IMG/VR virus record: IMGVR_UViG_3300027509_000002
Coordinates: 1-64,000 of that record
From: a virus
DNA length: 64,000 nt
Reading direction: 5' to 3' (one strand)
Shown here piece by piece: positions 52,780-62,111 of this stretch; position 1 is the stretch's first letter, and each line of letters begins with the position of its first letter. A model generated the notes under the pieces. The model searched no databases. It saw only the letters and a program-made list of their open reading frames with translations, and was not told the origin of the DNA. A program made the position numbers and the translations under genes.

Positions 52780-53565
52780 ATGCCTACAATTAACCTACAA
52801 TCAAAGTCTAAAGAATCTACTGGTTTAATATTATCAGCAGCAGATATAAAAGAAAATTATTTATTTGGTGTTAGAATAGAAGATCAAGATGGAATTCCTA
52901 TTGGTGACGATATATTTGAAATGTATATCAAAGCTGCACAGGATGAAATAGAAAAGTATTTGAATCTGAAACTACAGAGACAAATATTTGAAGAGAATCT
53001 ATCCTTTAGGCATGAAGAGTGGGAGCATTGGGGATTTATTAAGACTACATACCCAGTTGTATGTAATCTATCCTTAAAAGGGTTCTTAGGGTCTACTAAA
53101 CAAGTAGAATACCCATTGGAGTGGATAACCACCAGAAAATCATCAGAAGACGGTTTATATCATAGAAGTATATACATGGTTCCTGTGTCTTCTGGTGGTC
53201 AAACTTCTAATATATTGTTCTCAGGCGTAATTCCTAGTTTAAACTACTATGCTTCAACAGATATTCCTTTTTATTGGAATTTAGCGTATGTAACTGGTTT
53301 TGAGAAGATTCCAGCCGATATATTAAATGTAGTTGGTAAATTAGCATCAATAAACTTGTTTCATATTGCAGGAGATCTTATATTAGGTGCAGGGATAGCC
53401 TCACAATCAATAGGCATAGATGGATTGAGTCAAAGCATAAGTACAACGTCCTCAGCAACTAACAGCGGCTATGGATCAAGAATTTTGGGCTATCAAAATG
53501 ATTTAAAGAAACAAATACCGTTGCTGCGTGATTTTTATAGAGGCTTTAACTTTACATCAGTATAA
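52780..53565 (+). CDS. virion structural protein (head completion / connector candidate)
   Basis: Assigned from its position after the capsid gene. No diagnostic motif. Confidence 0.3.
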   Translation: MPTINLQSKSKESTGLILSAADIKENYLFGVRIEDQDGIPIGDDIFEMYIKAAQDEIEKYLNLKLQRQIFEENLSFRHEEWEHWGFIKTTYPVVCNLSLKGFLGSTKQVEYPLEWITTRKSSEDGLYHRSIYMVPVSSGGQTSNILFSGVIPSLNYYASTDIPFYWNLAYVTGFEKIPADILNVVGKLASINLFHIAGDLILGAGIASQSIGIDGLSQSISTTSSATNSGYGSRILGYQNDLKKQIPLLRDFYRGFNFTSV

Positions 53566-54275
53566 TGAAAGTAGATCATGTTATATATTGCACCACTAAT
53601 TTAATCAATGGTAAAAAATACATTGGTTACAACAAATACAATGATCCAAAATATTTGGGTTCAGGTAAGATATTGAAGTGGGCGATAAAAAAACATGGTA
53701 AGGAGAACTTTAAGAAACAAATACTAGAATATTGTGAAACGCAAGAAAATGCAGATATAGCAGAACAGTATTGGATTGATTACTTTGGTGCAGTAGAGTC
53801 AGATGTATTCTATAATATGGCTAGAGGGGGTCTAAAGCCTAATTTTGGGGATATATGGAATAAGGGGAAGTCAGGTTGTTATTCCAAGGAAACAATAGAA
53901 AAAATAAGGCAGGGAAGTATTGGGAACACAAATGCATCTGGCAAAAGAACCTTGGAACAAAGAAAACGTATATCAGATGCTACTAAAAAAGCTAGGGCAA
54001 GAATGCCATGGGAGGTTAAACAAAGGGGAGGTTTTGCTTGCAAGGGTACACCTAAGCCACCTAGAACCAAGGAATATGTGGCAAAAATGAAAGCATCTCA
54101 TACAGGCAAAATCCCATGGAACAAAAAGAATTTAAAGAGGTACGACTTAGAGAATAAGTTAATTCGTATATATGAGTTGGCCAGAGATGTTAATCAGGAT
54201 GACATCAAATTATTTGATTTAAACACTGTAGTAGATAAAGATATTGTTTTTGAAAATAGTTATTGGAGATTTTAA
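53565..54275 (+). CDS. GIY-YIG homing endonuclease with NUMOD3 repeats
   Basis: VIYCTTNLINGKKYIGYNKY and LGSGKILKWAIKKHG, then YSKETIEKIRQGSIGN and HTGKIPWNKK. TAATG overlap with the previous gene. Confidence 0.85.
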   Translation: MKVDHVIYCTTNLINGKKYIGYNKYNDPKYLGSGKILKWAIKKHGKENFKKQILEYCETQENADIAEQYWIDYFGAVESDVFYNMARGGLKPNFGDIWNKGKSGCYSKETIEKIRQGSIGNTNASGKRTLEQRKRISDATKKARARMPWEVKQRGGFACKGTPKPPRTKEYVAKMKASHTGKIPWNKKNLKRYDLENKLIRIYELARDVNQDDIKLFDLNTVVDKDIVFENSYWRF

Positions 54276-54278
54276 TAT

Positions 54279-55091
54279 ATGGCTAATAATAAGAAAATAG
54301 AGATTCAAAGTACACCAACGGGTATTAGTAAGCCAAGGCCAGATTTCAGAAAAGGAGATTTTGAGATAGCCATACATCAAAAGGGTTATAACGTACTGCA
54401 CGAGAAAGCACTACATTGCCCCTGCAAAAGTAAATCAGTAGGTGGACAATTAAGTGACTGTCAAAATTGTGGAGGTACAGGATGGGCATTTATCAATCCA
54501 GTAAAGACTAGATTCATTATACACTCAATGAATCATTCTACTGAGTATAAAGAGTGGTCAGAAGAAAATAGAGGCACTGCAAGTATATCTACAAGGGATA
54601 TAGAAGAAATATCATTTATGGATCGTGTAACGGTCTTACATGGCATTTCTATATTTAATGAGGTTAGATATTTAAAGATGAAAAATGACTTATTGTTTTT
54701 CTCACTTACTTATCCAGTAAAGGAAATAGAATATCTAGCATTATTTGAATCACCTACACTACCATACTTACAGTTAACAGAAGATGAAGATTATACAATA
54801 GAGAATAACTTCATATTTTTAGATGAAAAGTTTAGAACCTTGGTAGAAGGAAATGAACAAGCGGATCAAATATCTATAACAGTTAGGTATAAACATAATC
54901 CACAGTATCACATTATCGATATTCCAAGGCATACAATGTTAACGAACATAGATAAAGGACAAAGAGAACAATCAGATATAGTAATGCCAATCCATGCAAT
55001 TGGTAGATATACACACTACGTACTAGATACGGAAAATATAAATGGAGATCGTATAATAGATAATAGCTTACCGATAGAAGAAAGTTGTTAG
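54279..55091 (+). CDS. structural protein with DnaJ-type zinc finger
   Basis: HCPCKSKSVGGQLSDCQNCGGTGW contains CxC..CxxCxGxG. Confidence 0.35.
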   Translation: MANNKKIEIQSTPTGISKPRPDFRKGDFEIAIHQKGYNVLHEKALHCPCKSKSVGGQLSDCQNCGGTGWAFINPVKTRFIIHSMNHSTEYKEWSEENRGTASISTRDIEEISFMDRVTVLHGISIFNEVRYLKMKNDLLFFSLTYPVKEIEYLALFESPTLPYLQLTEDEDYTIENNFIFLDEKFRTLVEGNEQADQISITVRYKHNPQYHIIDIPRHTMLTNIDKGQREQSDIVMPIHAIGRYTHYVLDTENINGDRIIDNSLPIEESC

Positions 55092-55092
55092 T

Positions 55093-55878
55093 ATGGTTAT
55101 ACCAATTACATTAGACTTGGTAGATATAGCTAGAGAGATGTCACTTGATAAGAAGCAAGTGGATCAAATGATAGACTATTCTATGAGCGAGATAGCGAAA
55201 GAATTTGAGGCAAGGTGGAGGGCAACTGCATCCAGAGAATTAACGTCCACTAGAGGGGCTTATTTGAGCTCATTAAGTGTAGTTGATGAAGGTTTATTAA
55301 AATCTGCTGTGGTATTAGACTACAGCCAAGAGAAAATAGTTAGAATGATTGAAGAGGGTGCAACAGCTTTTGACATGAAACTAAGTTTTGCTCAATCCGA
55401 TAAGAAAGTAGAAAAAGAAGATGGGGGCTGGTACTTAACAATACCATTCAGTGTAGGATCAACAGGAACAACAAAAGAAAACTTTAGTACCATAATGCCT
55501 AAAAAGGTATATGATATAGCAAAGACAAAAGAGTTCGGTCAGAGTGTTACTAAAAGAGACTTAGAAGATATTCCAGACGGCATACCAGAACCAAAGCCAA
55601 AGCCAAGATTAGAGATACCTAAAACCAATGCATTTAAAGATTATGAACGCAAGGGAAGTATATATGAGGGTATAACAAGAACAAAGGATAAGGGAACAGG
55701 CAATGGAACTTATACATCGTTTAGGAGGGTTAGTGATAATTCGGATGAGGGGGCGTGGATTCATCCAGGCATGGAGGCAAAGAACTTAGCCGAGAAAACC
55801 TACAATGAATTCAAAGGTACAATGAGCAATACATTAACAGATATTATAGACAACGCATTGTTTAATTTAAAACTTTAA
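55093..55878 (+). CDS. hypothetical structural protein
   Basis: ORF track, in the structural operon. Confidence 0.4.
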   Translation: MVIPITLDLVDIAREMSLDKKQVDQMIDYSMSEIAKEFEARWRATASRELTSTRGAYLSSLSVVDEGLLKSAVVLDYSQEKIVRMIEEGATAFDMKLSFAQSDKKVEKEDGGWYLTIPFSVGSTGTTKENFSTIMPKKVYDIAKTKEFGQSVTKRDLEDIPDGIPEPKPKPRLEIPKTNAFKDYERKGSIYEGITRTKDKGTGNGTYTSFRRVSDNSDEGAWIHPGMEAKNLAEKTYNEFKGTMSNTLTDIIDNALFNLKL

Positions 55879-55892
55879 TATATATTAGCCCC

Positions 55893-56006
55893 ATGGATAA
55901 GATAGTAGAAAGTGTATGTATGGTGTGTAAGCATAGATGGATAACCTTTAAAGGCATACATATATGTAATAAGTGTAAAGGGAAAAGTAAAGTAAAAAAG
56001 AAATGA
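55893..56006 (+). CDS. 37-aa zinc-ribbon peptide (below ORF-track cutoff)
   Basis: Product is MDKIVESVCMVCKHRWITFKGIHICNKCKGKSKVKKK. ATGA overlap with the next ORF. Confidence 0.4.
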   Translation: MDKIVESVCMVCKHRWITFKGIHICNKCKGKSKVKKK

Positions 56007-56299
56007 AGAAGCAAATAAGCATGTATTTCATAGTATTAATGGCCAGTACACCAATGACATTAATAATAACTACATATAAGACTCATAGTGTAGCTACAGT
56101 AGATGAATTCTTACAAGAAAATTACTTTGAAGTATTAGAAGTAGGAGAGGGTGATCATGACTGCGAATGTGATGAAATATTCACAACAAAGTTTACAGCT
56201 ATTACACCTGTAAAGAAAGATACAGTAGAGGGCTGCGTGTGTGAAGGCATAATACGTGGTAAAATTATAAAAATGAATCAAGTCATTGATAATCAATAG
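56003..56299 (+). CDS. hypothetical protein with N-terminal TM and CxC pairs
   Basis: ORF track. MYFIVLMASTPMTLIITTY is hydrophobic. Cys pairs at DCECDE and GCVCEG. Confidence 0.4.
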   Translation: MKKQISMYFIVLMASTPMTLIITTYKTHSVATVDEFLQENYFEVLEVGEGDHDCECDEIFTTKFTAITPVKKDTVEGCVCEGIIRGKIIKMNQVIDNQ

Positions 56300-56367
56300 G
56301 ATAGAATATATAGTTTTATAATAAATTATAATAAAACTTTTTTTAAGAAACTCACAATCACACAGTT

Positions 56368-57123
56368 ATGCTCACATTAGTACCAGAAATAATTATTCAC
56401 GACACCATAGAAAAGGTATTAGCAGCCGTCAAGAATGACTTAAATAATACGGTCAAAGAAGAAGATACGATCCTATTTAAGCTATTAGCAGATCAGAAGT
56501 TGGAACGCTACAGTTTATATGAGCAAGCTAAGACAGTGTTTAATAAGGAATCAGATGACGTTAGAAAGATAGCCGTTAATGTTATGTTCAATAGAAACAA
56601 AATGTCATCACCAACTATCCACATAACCCTACCATCAGAAGATGAGGTTACAAAGACATTAGGGTTGGGTATGGGAGAATATGAGTCAGCGTTCTTTTCA
56701 GATGAGGGAGAAAATGCTGGAAAGTATAGAGAAACGTATTCTAAGCGATTTAAGGGTAGTTTTAATGTTGTGATAACCTCAGACAACGTAAATGAGATAA
56801 TATTGATCTATTACGTGCTTAGAGCACTTATCATTGGTGCATTGAATCATTTTTATGGGTATTGTATGTATAACTTTCATTTAGGAGGTCGAGACATGAT
56901 GCTTAATCCAGATTTAGTGCCAAAGCATATATTCATGAGATCATTAACCATTAGTTTTGAGTATAATACAGGAGCAGTAAGTTTACATGCGAATGAATTC
57001 TTTAATGGGTGTTTAAGCACCGTAACAGGTGAAATAGATGCAGAGGCTACCAATGGCGTTCCATTTCCAGTAGTAGAACCAGATGTAGATCCAGAAGATG
57101 AAGCTCACTGTGATCCTGAGTAA
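56368..57123 (+). CDS. hypothetical structural protein
   Basis: ORF track. Last gene before the tandem terminator hairpins. Confidence 0.4.
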   Translation: MLTLVPEIIIHDTIEKVLAAVKNDLNNTVKEEDTILFKLLADQKLERYSLYEQAKTVFNKESDDVRKIAVNVMFNRNKMSSPTIHITLPSEDEVTKTLGLGMGEYESAFFSDEGENAGKYRETYSKRFKGSFNVVITSDNVNEIILIYYVLRALIIGALNHFYGYCMYNFHLGGRDMMLNPDLVPKHIFMRSLTISFEYNTGAVSLHANEFFNGCLSTVTGEIDAEATNGVPFPVVEPDVDPEDEAHCDPE

Positions 57124-57145
57124 CAAATGACACATATATATAGAT

Positions 57146-57190
57146 GAGACAGAGATAGTCTCTTAAAAGGGCTTATTTGAGCCCTTTTTT
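57146..57190 (+). terminator. tandem hairpins, the second a Rho-independent terminator
   Basis: First hairpin is GAGAC, a 7-nt loop, GTCTC. Second is AAAAGGGCT, a 6-nt loop, AGCCCTTTT, then a T run. Confidence 0.75.
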
Positions 57191-57243
57191 ATTTCCTAAC
57201 TAATTGCTTGCGTGGCACTTTACTTTTTTATAGATTTGTTTTC

Positions 57244-57495
57244 ATGGTAGGAGAAAAAAGATATTTTGAAAAGAACGGAGTCGTTTACGAAGTAGAAGTA
57301 ATGTTCCAGACGAGCCCTAATGGCTATCATGTAATAGATCGTAAGGCTAGTACACGTAAAAAGGTCAAGTCATGGACAGTAAGACCCCATTCATTACATG
57401 AACAGAACTCAACAATGTATAATCGATACATAAAGCAAAAGAAACTTAAAAGGTATGCACAGAGGCGTAATAATCTTTATTTAAGCAAAAAATAA
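57244..57495 (+). CDS. hypothetical basic protein
   Basis: Start moved to ATG 57244 (MVGEKRYF), downstream of the terminator. Confidence 0.4.
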   Translation: MVGEKRYFEKNGVVYEVEVMFQTSPNGYHVIDRKASTRKKVKSWTVRPHSLHEQNSTMYNRYIKQKKLKRYAQRRNNLYLSKK

Positions 57496-58292
57496 TGAGA
57501 TCAGAACCAAACTTACATTTCAACTGTAATATAGAGCAAGGTCATAAGCAATTTGTCAGTCAAAGTGCATATCGTGAGCATGGCATGTATCATTCATTGA
57601 TCAGTCATGAAATGGCCAACGGTCATGGACACATACTTAGTCATGGACATTATCCACCAGAATATGACATTAAAGGTTATAATGGATGGCCAGAATATCC
57701 AGATGTATCTAAGCTAGATATTCATTGTAAGGTCACAGGGGACACCCATGATCGATTATGGGCAGAGGAAAGAGAGCGTATCAGGTTAGAAGAAAAACGG
57801 TATTGGCAAGAGATGGCTGAGGCAGAAAGAGCTGAGGAACGTAAAAAAGCAAAGTTAGCAAGGCAAAAAGAAAAGAGAGCTAAGGCTAAAGAAGAGAGGA
57901 AAGCTACTAAGAAGATTATTAAAGAGACTAAAAAGAAGCCTAAAAGAATTATTGAGGAATTTAACCATAAGGTAGAAGTACAAAGAAAAGACCCTGAGCC
58001 AATACCAGAATATAGGCCAATCGAAAGACCTGAGCCAATCGAAAAGCATACGCCAAGGCCAGAACCATTTTTTAAGATAGAACGGTTAACGAATATAGAG
58101 GAAAGAATAAAGAAGCGTACCCAAAGATATGCTGATATTGAATATCAAGGCGGCTTAGATCGTATCGTATTAAATAAGCCAAGGTTTTGGTCAGCAGAAA
58201 CAGTATCTATTAGCAACAAAAATAAAAAATGGAAAGATGAACTAAATGACTTGACAAGGAATTGGAAGTTTGGTAGCTTAGTAGAAGATTAA
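57495..58292 (+). CDS. His-rich / charged / Pro-Glu repeat protein
   Basis: Contains HGMYHSLISHEMANGHGHILSHGHYPPEY, a K/E/R block, and PEPIPEYRPIERPEPIEKHTPRPEPF. Confidence 0.5.
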   Translation: MRSEPNLHFNCNIEQGHKQFVSQSAYREHGMYHSLISHEMANGHGHILSHGHYPPEYDIKGYNGWPEYPDVSKLDIHCKVTGDTHDRLWAEERERIRLEEKRYWQEMAEAERAEERKKAKLARQKEKRAKAKEERKATKKIIKETKKKPKRIIEEFNHKVEVQRKDPEPIPEYRPIERPEPIEKHTPRPEPFFKIERLTNIEERIKKRTQRYADIEYQGGLDRIVLNKPRFWSAETVSISNKNKKWKDELNDLTRNWKFGSLVED

Positions 58293-58305
58293 TATATTTG
58301 ATCAA

Positions 58306-58845
58306 ATGAAAAAGGAATATAAAGAAATAGATTTGGCTGCTGGATATACCATAGAAGATGCTATGAGAGAGCTTAAATCATTAGATGGACTATATAAAGC
58401 TGAATTCAATGGCGTAATGCTATACAATGACGTAGATCATTTAGATTCAGCATATATGAAGATCACTGGTAAAAACAAAGCTGATCACGATGCATACGTG
58501 AATAGGCAAATGGAAAGTCGAAAGCGAATCAAAAAAGAACACATTATGTCAATTCCAAGCCTAACTAAACAGTGGTTAGATAAAGGCAAAGCGGTTTTAG
58601 ATGAAAAATATATGGAGTATTGGACTGAATGCGTACCAATACGATTAGGAGACTTATATAATGGAATGGAGCTAGGTATGTGCTTAGCTATAATCAAGCC
58701 CTTAAACGAAGGATGTGACATGAAAGAAGCAAAGAATATAATAGACGAACAAGGTCACTCAGGAATGTCTTATGGATTGGTTAGATCAATGGTAAGATCA
58801 TTCTGCGATAGAGGTGAAGAATTTTATAAAAACACACAATATTAG
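58306..58845 (+). CDS. hypothetical protein
   Basis: ORF track. Confidence 0.5.
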   Translation: MKKEYKEIDLAAGYTIEDAMRELKSLDGLYKAEFNGVMLYNDVDHLDSAYMKITGKNKADHDAYVNRQMESRKRIKKEHIMSIPSLTKQWLDKGKAVLDEKYMEYWTECVPIRLGDLYNGMELGMCLAIIKPLNEGCDMKEAKNIIDEQGHSGMSYGLVRSMVRSFCDRGEEFYKNTQY

Positions 58846-58847
58846 TT

Positions 58848-59069
58848 ATGACTAGAAAAGATTTAAAGAAACACTGGCATATTTTAAAGGCATTAAAAAA
58901 GGGATGGGTTGAGCCGAGTGATGTTGAGTATTATGCAGACTATGGATGGAGGGGTAAAAATAGTTTCTTCTCACTTTTTTGTGCTATGAATAACAAATTC
59001 AAGTTAAGACTAACCAAAGCAGGCAAAGAAAAGATTAACAAAGCTAAAAAAATAGATTATGGCAAATAG
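58848..59069 (+). CDS. hypothetical protein
   Basis: ORF track. Confidence 0.45.
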   Translation: MTRKDLKKHWHILKALKKGWVEPSDVEYYADYGWRGKNSFFSLFCAMNNKFKLRLTKAGKEKINKAKKIDYGK

Positions 59070-59262
59070 AGAAGAATTAAGATTTAAAGTAAATGATAAG
59101 GTTATGGATAAAGAAAGGGGTGTTGGCAAGGTTGTTTCTACCAATGTTAGCAATACATACCCAATATGTGTTAAATTTGGCGAAAACTTGTACCATACTT
59201 TCACAGAAAATGGGCAAATAAATGAGTTGGAAAACACCGTATTAGTAAAAATGAAGAAATGA
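59059..59262 (+). CDS. hypothetical protein
   Basis: ORF track. Overlaps both neighbours. Confidence 0.45.
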   Translation: MANREELRFKVNDKVMDKERGVGKVVSTNVSNTYPICVKFGENLYHTFTENGQINELENTVLVKMKK

Positions 59263-59504
59263 AAAATAAAATTAAAAAAATAATAGCAAGGATTTTTGGA
59301 ATTAAAATAGATAACGGAGTTACAAACATTGTTATAAAATATACGGATTTAGAAACCATTGACTTGACTGGTCTTAATTTAGCAGATGGATGTGAGGTAG
59401 ATTTAACTCAAAACTTTAGACTCCAAAATATTATTGTTCCAAAACAAAATGAGCATGGAGGAATCAAAATAGAGTTAAATGCAATTAAGAAAATAAGCAC
59501 ATGA
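59259..59504 (+). CDS. hypothetical protein
   Basis: ORF track. ATGA couplings at both ends. Confidence 0.45.
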   Translation: MKNKIKKIIARIFGIKIDNGVTNIVIKYTDLETIDLTGLNLADGCEVDLTQNFRLQNIIVPKQNEHGGIKIELNAIKKIST

Positions 59505-59671
59505 AAAATAAAATAATAATAGGATGTGTGGCGTGTTTTTTATTAAGTGGATGTAGTGAATCAACCTTAAATGAATCTAGGCTTACTAACATAAAGGATT
59601 TAAACTTTGGGCACTTATTGACATTGGTAATTATTCACGGGTTTATGACATCAAGAAAAATAGAGAAATGA
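59501..59671 (+). CDS. small lipoprotein, 56 aa (below ORF-track cutoff)
   Basis: Product starts MKNKIIIGCVACFLLSGCSES with lipobox LSGC. ATGA overlaps with both neighbours. Confidence 0.5.
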   Translation: MKNKIIIGCVACFLLSGCSESTLNESRLTNIKDLNFGHLLTLVIIHGFMTSRKIEK

Positions 59672-60084
59672 ATAACAAAGAAAAAAGAATAAAGTACTTA
59701 GAATTAAAATTAGACGCCATCTGTGATCATTTGAGGCTTTACGTAACACAAAAGTCATTAATGAGTGATGAGTTCACAGTAATTGAGCGACCTGAAATAG
59801 AAGAATTTGATTTGTCAGCACTGAAAGGCTATGGAGAATGTAATTTATCGGATGGGTTTGATTTAAGTGGGTTGCCACAAAAAATAGAATGGAAGGTAGG
59901 AGAAAAGGTTTGGGATTTTGTTTATGGTTGGGGGGTTGTTGATTATTTAGCAAAACAATCAAATTATATTGAAGTTGACTTTGAAAGTGAATGCACTTCT
60001 ACATCCTATGAACTTAATGGAAATATGATAGGAGCAACAAACAGAACCCTATTCAAAAAAGAAATGAAATTAGTTGAGAAATGA
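59668..60084 (+). CDS. hypothetical protein
   Basis: ORF track. Confidence 0.5.
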   Translation: MNNKEKRIKYLELKLDAICDHLRLYVTQKSLMSDEFTVIERPEIEEFDLSALKGYGECNLSDGFDLSGLPQKIEWKVGEKVWDFVYGWGVVDYLAKQSNYIEVDFESECTSTSYELNGNMIGATNRTLFKKEMKLVEK

Positions 60085-60539
60085 AAGACATCAAATACTG
60101 GAAAGAAAACGCAGAAGAGGATTATCGAACAACGCCAATAAGCGTATTGAAATATATCACGAAGCTAGAGTCATTGGTTAATGATAGAAACTCTAAGATA
60201 TTGAATTGGTGGTCTAAGACAAGAGATGAGGTGTTTAGTGAGCACATGGAAAGATTCAAGAGTCTAAAGCCAGTGCATATTCCTCAATGCGATAACGAGA
60301 ATCCAATGAGCTATGATATAGAAGAGGCACGAAAAATGATGCTAAAGCCATATAGATGTATAGGATGTAGAGGTGTATTGAGTGCAACAGATGAGCAAAG
60401 GGCTACGGGGTTTATAATAGGAAATCCAAATATAGGACAGAATCAGGTTACAGCAGTCTGTACATGTCCAGAGCCATTTTTAACACATGAAGATTGGTAT
60501 AAATATTTAGATAAAATGACAGATGGAAAAACAATATAG
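60081..60539 (+). CDS. hypothetical protein
   Basis: ORF track. Cys motifs at CIGCRG and CTCPEP. Confidence 0.5.
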   Translation: MKDIKYWKENAEEDYRTTPISVLKYITKLESLVNDRNSKILNWWSKTRDEVFSEHMERFKSLKPVHIPQCDNENPMSYDIEEARKMMLKPYRCIGCRGVLSATDEQRATGFIIGNPNIGQNQVTAVCTCPEPFLTHEDWYKYLDKMTDGKTI

Positions 60540-60543
60540 AGTA

Positions 60544-60663
60544 ATGCTTTTTATGGACGACACATATCAAGTAATAAACACGATAGATAATTCAACAGCT
60601 TTTCAGGGCAGTTTATCAGACTGCAATGCATGGTTACAGTTAAACGATAAAGGATATATATGA
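60544..60663 (+). CDS. 39-aa peptide (below ORF-track cutoff)
   Basis: Product is MLFMDDTYQVINTIDNSTAFQGSLSDCNAWLQLNDKGYI. It fills a gap and is ATGA-coupled to the next ORF. Confidence 0.35.
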   Translation: MLFMDDTYQVINTIDNSTAFQGSLSDCNAWLQLNDKGYI

Positions 60664-60926
60664 GCCAGTGTAATCACAGAATAGGAGAGTTTGACGACAT
60701 GGATTTATATGTGGATAACTATATAATATTATTGAAGGAGGGTGCTTGCATGAATGCAGGAATAAATGAAGTATATAAGCATACTGCTTTTAAAAAGAGT
60801 ACAGAAGATCCATTAGAGTTCATGGATGGTAGGTTAGGGTATATAATTAGAAACAACTATTGCCCCAATTGCGGAGAAAAGCTAAATTGGAAAACATTAA
60901 AACAAAAGCTACAGGAGTCGTTATGA
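60660..60926 (+). CDS. hypothetical zinc-ribbon protein
   Basis: ORF track. An N-terminal Cys plus CPNCGEK. Confidence 0.45.
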   Translation: MSQCNHRIGEFDDMDLYVDNYIILLKEGACMNAGINEVYKHTAFKKSTEDPLEFMDGRLGYIIRNNYCPNCGEKLNWKTLKQKLQESL

Positions 60927-61144
60927 GCAAAAAACATTCAGATTTAGAAATAGCACACTTTAAGTCATTTACAATACATGAAAAAATGGACGTATTTGTT
61001 GATTTAAAGCGAGAGGGGAAATTTACAAAGCGTAAAAACAACGAACTGCTAATCAATGGAGTGGTAACAGAGCTGATTGAAGATTATTCATTTTTGTTAA
61101 ATTTCTTTAAATCAGAAAAGGAAAAACAAAATGATCCAGTGTGA
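60923..61144 (+). CDS. hypothetical protein
   Basis: Start moved to ATG 60923 (MSKKHSD), ATGA-coupled to the previous stop. Confidence 0.4.
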   Translation: MSKKHSDLEIAHFKSFTIHEKMDVFVDLKREGKFTKRKNNELLINGVVTELIEDYSFLLNFFKSEKEKQNDPV

Positions 61145-61568
61145 CAAGTGCGGTAAGATACATGGTACAATAGAAGAAGCTCAAAAGGGCTATAAGATGG
61201 CGGATGGTGGCATTGTTAAGGGTATATCCAAGGCATCCGTTGTTCCAGTGTGCCAATGTGCATTAGATGTCGGTACAAAGAACATGCAGAAAATAGAGTC
61301 TATCCATCAAGATAGATTGAGCATGAAGGCATCTATGGATAACTATAAGAATAAGCGAAGCAAGTCCGATTTCACCAATGAAGACGATTATTCTAAATTC
61401 AGAGCTTATGAAGTAGTAATAGAAAGCAATGCTAGGGACATACATGAGCTACAAAAGGACTTAATGGTATCTAAGGAACATATTGCCACATTAGAAGAGA
61501 AAGTGTCTTATTTAACGTGGTTTGCGTTTTTAGCATCACTAGCTTTGTTATTTTTGGTACTGTATTGA
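61131..61568 (+). CDS. tail-anchored membrane protein
   Basis: N-terminal CDKCGK. C-terminal TM LTWFAFLASLALLFLVLY. Confidence 0.45.
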   Translation: MIQCDKCGKIHGTIEEAQKGYKMADGGIVKGISKASVVPVCQCALDVGTKNMQKIESIHQDRLSMKASMDNYKNKRSKSDFTNEDDYSKFRAYEVVIESNARDIHELQKDLMVSKEHIATLEEKVSYLTWFAFLASLALLFLVLY

Positions 61569-61589
61569 AATAATCTGTATATTTGAGAC

Positions 61590-62105
61590 ATGGAAACAGT
61601 AAAAGATGAATTAAGCAGAAACAGCAGAGCAGTAATTAATGCACATGCAGCAGGATATAAAGTAACCAAGGAAGGAGAACTAATATCTTCTACAGGGGTT
61701 CAACGAGTATGTAAAGAAGCAGGTAGAGGAAATCACCTATATAAAGAAATATCTTTCAGAGTAGATGGCAAGCATGCAAGACTTAGGGTGCATAGGTTGC
61801 AAGCATTCCAGAAGTTTGGAATGAAAATGTTTGAAAAAGGTATGGTTGTAAGACACCTAAACGGCAATCCATTGGATAATTCGTTTGACAATATTGCCAT
61901 TGGCACTGCTAGTGAAAACATGATGGACAGACCACAGGCGGTAAGACAGGCTCATGCAGAACATGCAGCATCTTTTAACACTAAACATGCACATGAATCG
62001 GTATATGCATACTACTGCGGTGTTAGGTCATATAAAAAAACAATGGAGAAATTCAATATTTCAAGTAAAGGAACATTGAATCATATCATTAAGAAATTTA
62101 AGTAA
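61590..62105 (+). CDS. HNH (HNH_3-type) homing endonuclease
   Basis: RLRVHRLQAFQKFG..VVRHLNGNPLDNSFDNIAIGTASENMMD gives the H-N-N/H motif. Confidence 0.75.
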   Translation: METVKDELSRNSRAVINAHAAGYKVTKEGELISSTGVQRVCKEAGRGNHLYKEISFRVDGKHARLRVHRLQAFQKFGMKMFEKGMVVRHLNGNPLDNSFDNIAIGTASENMMDRPQAVRQAHAEHAASFNTKHAHESVYAYYCGVRSYKKTMEKFNISSKGTLNHIIKKFK

Positions 62106-62111
62106 AGATAT

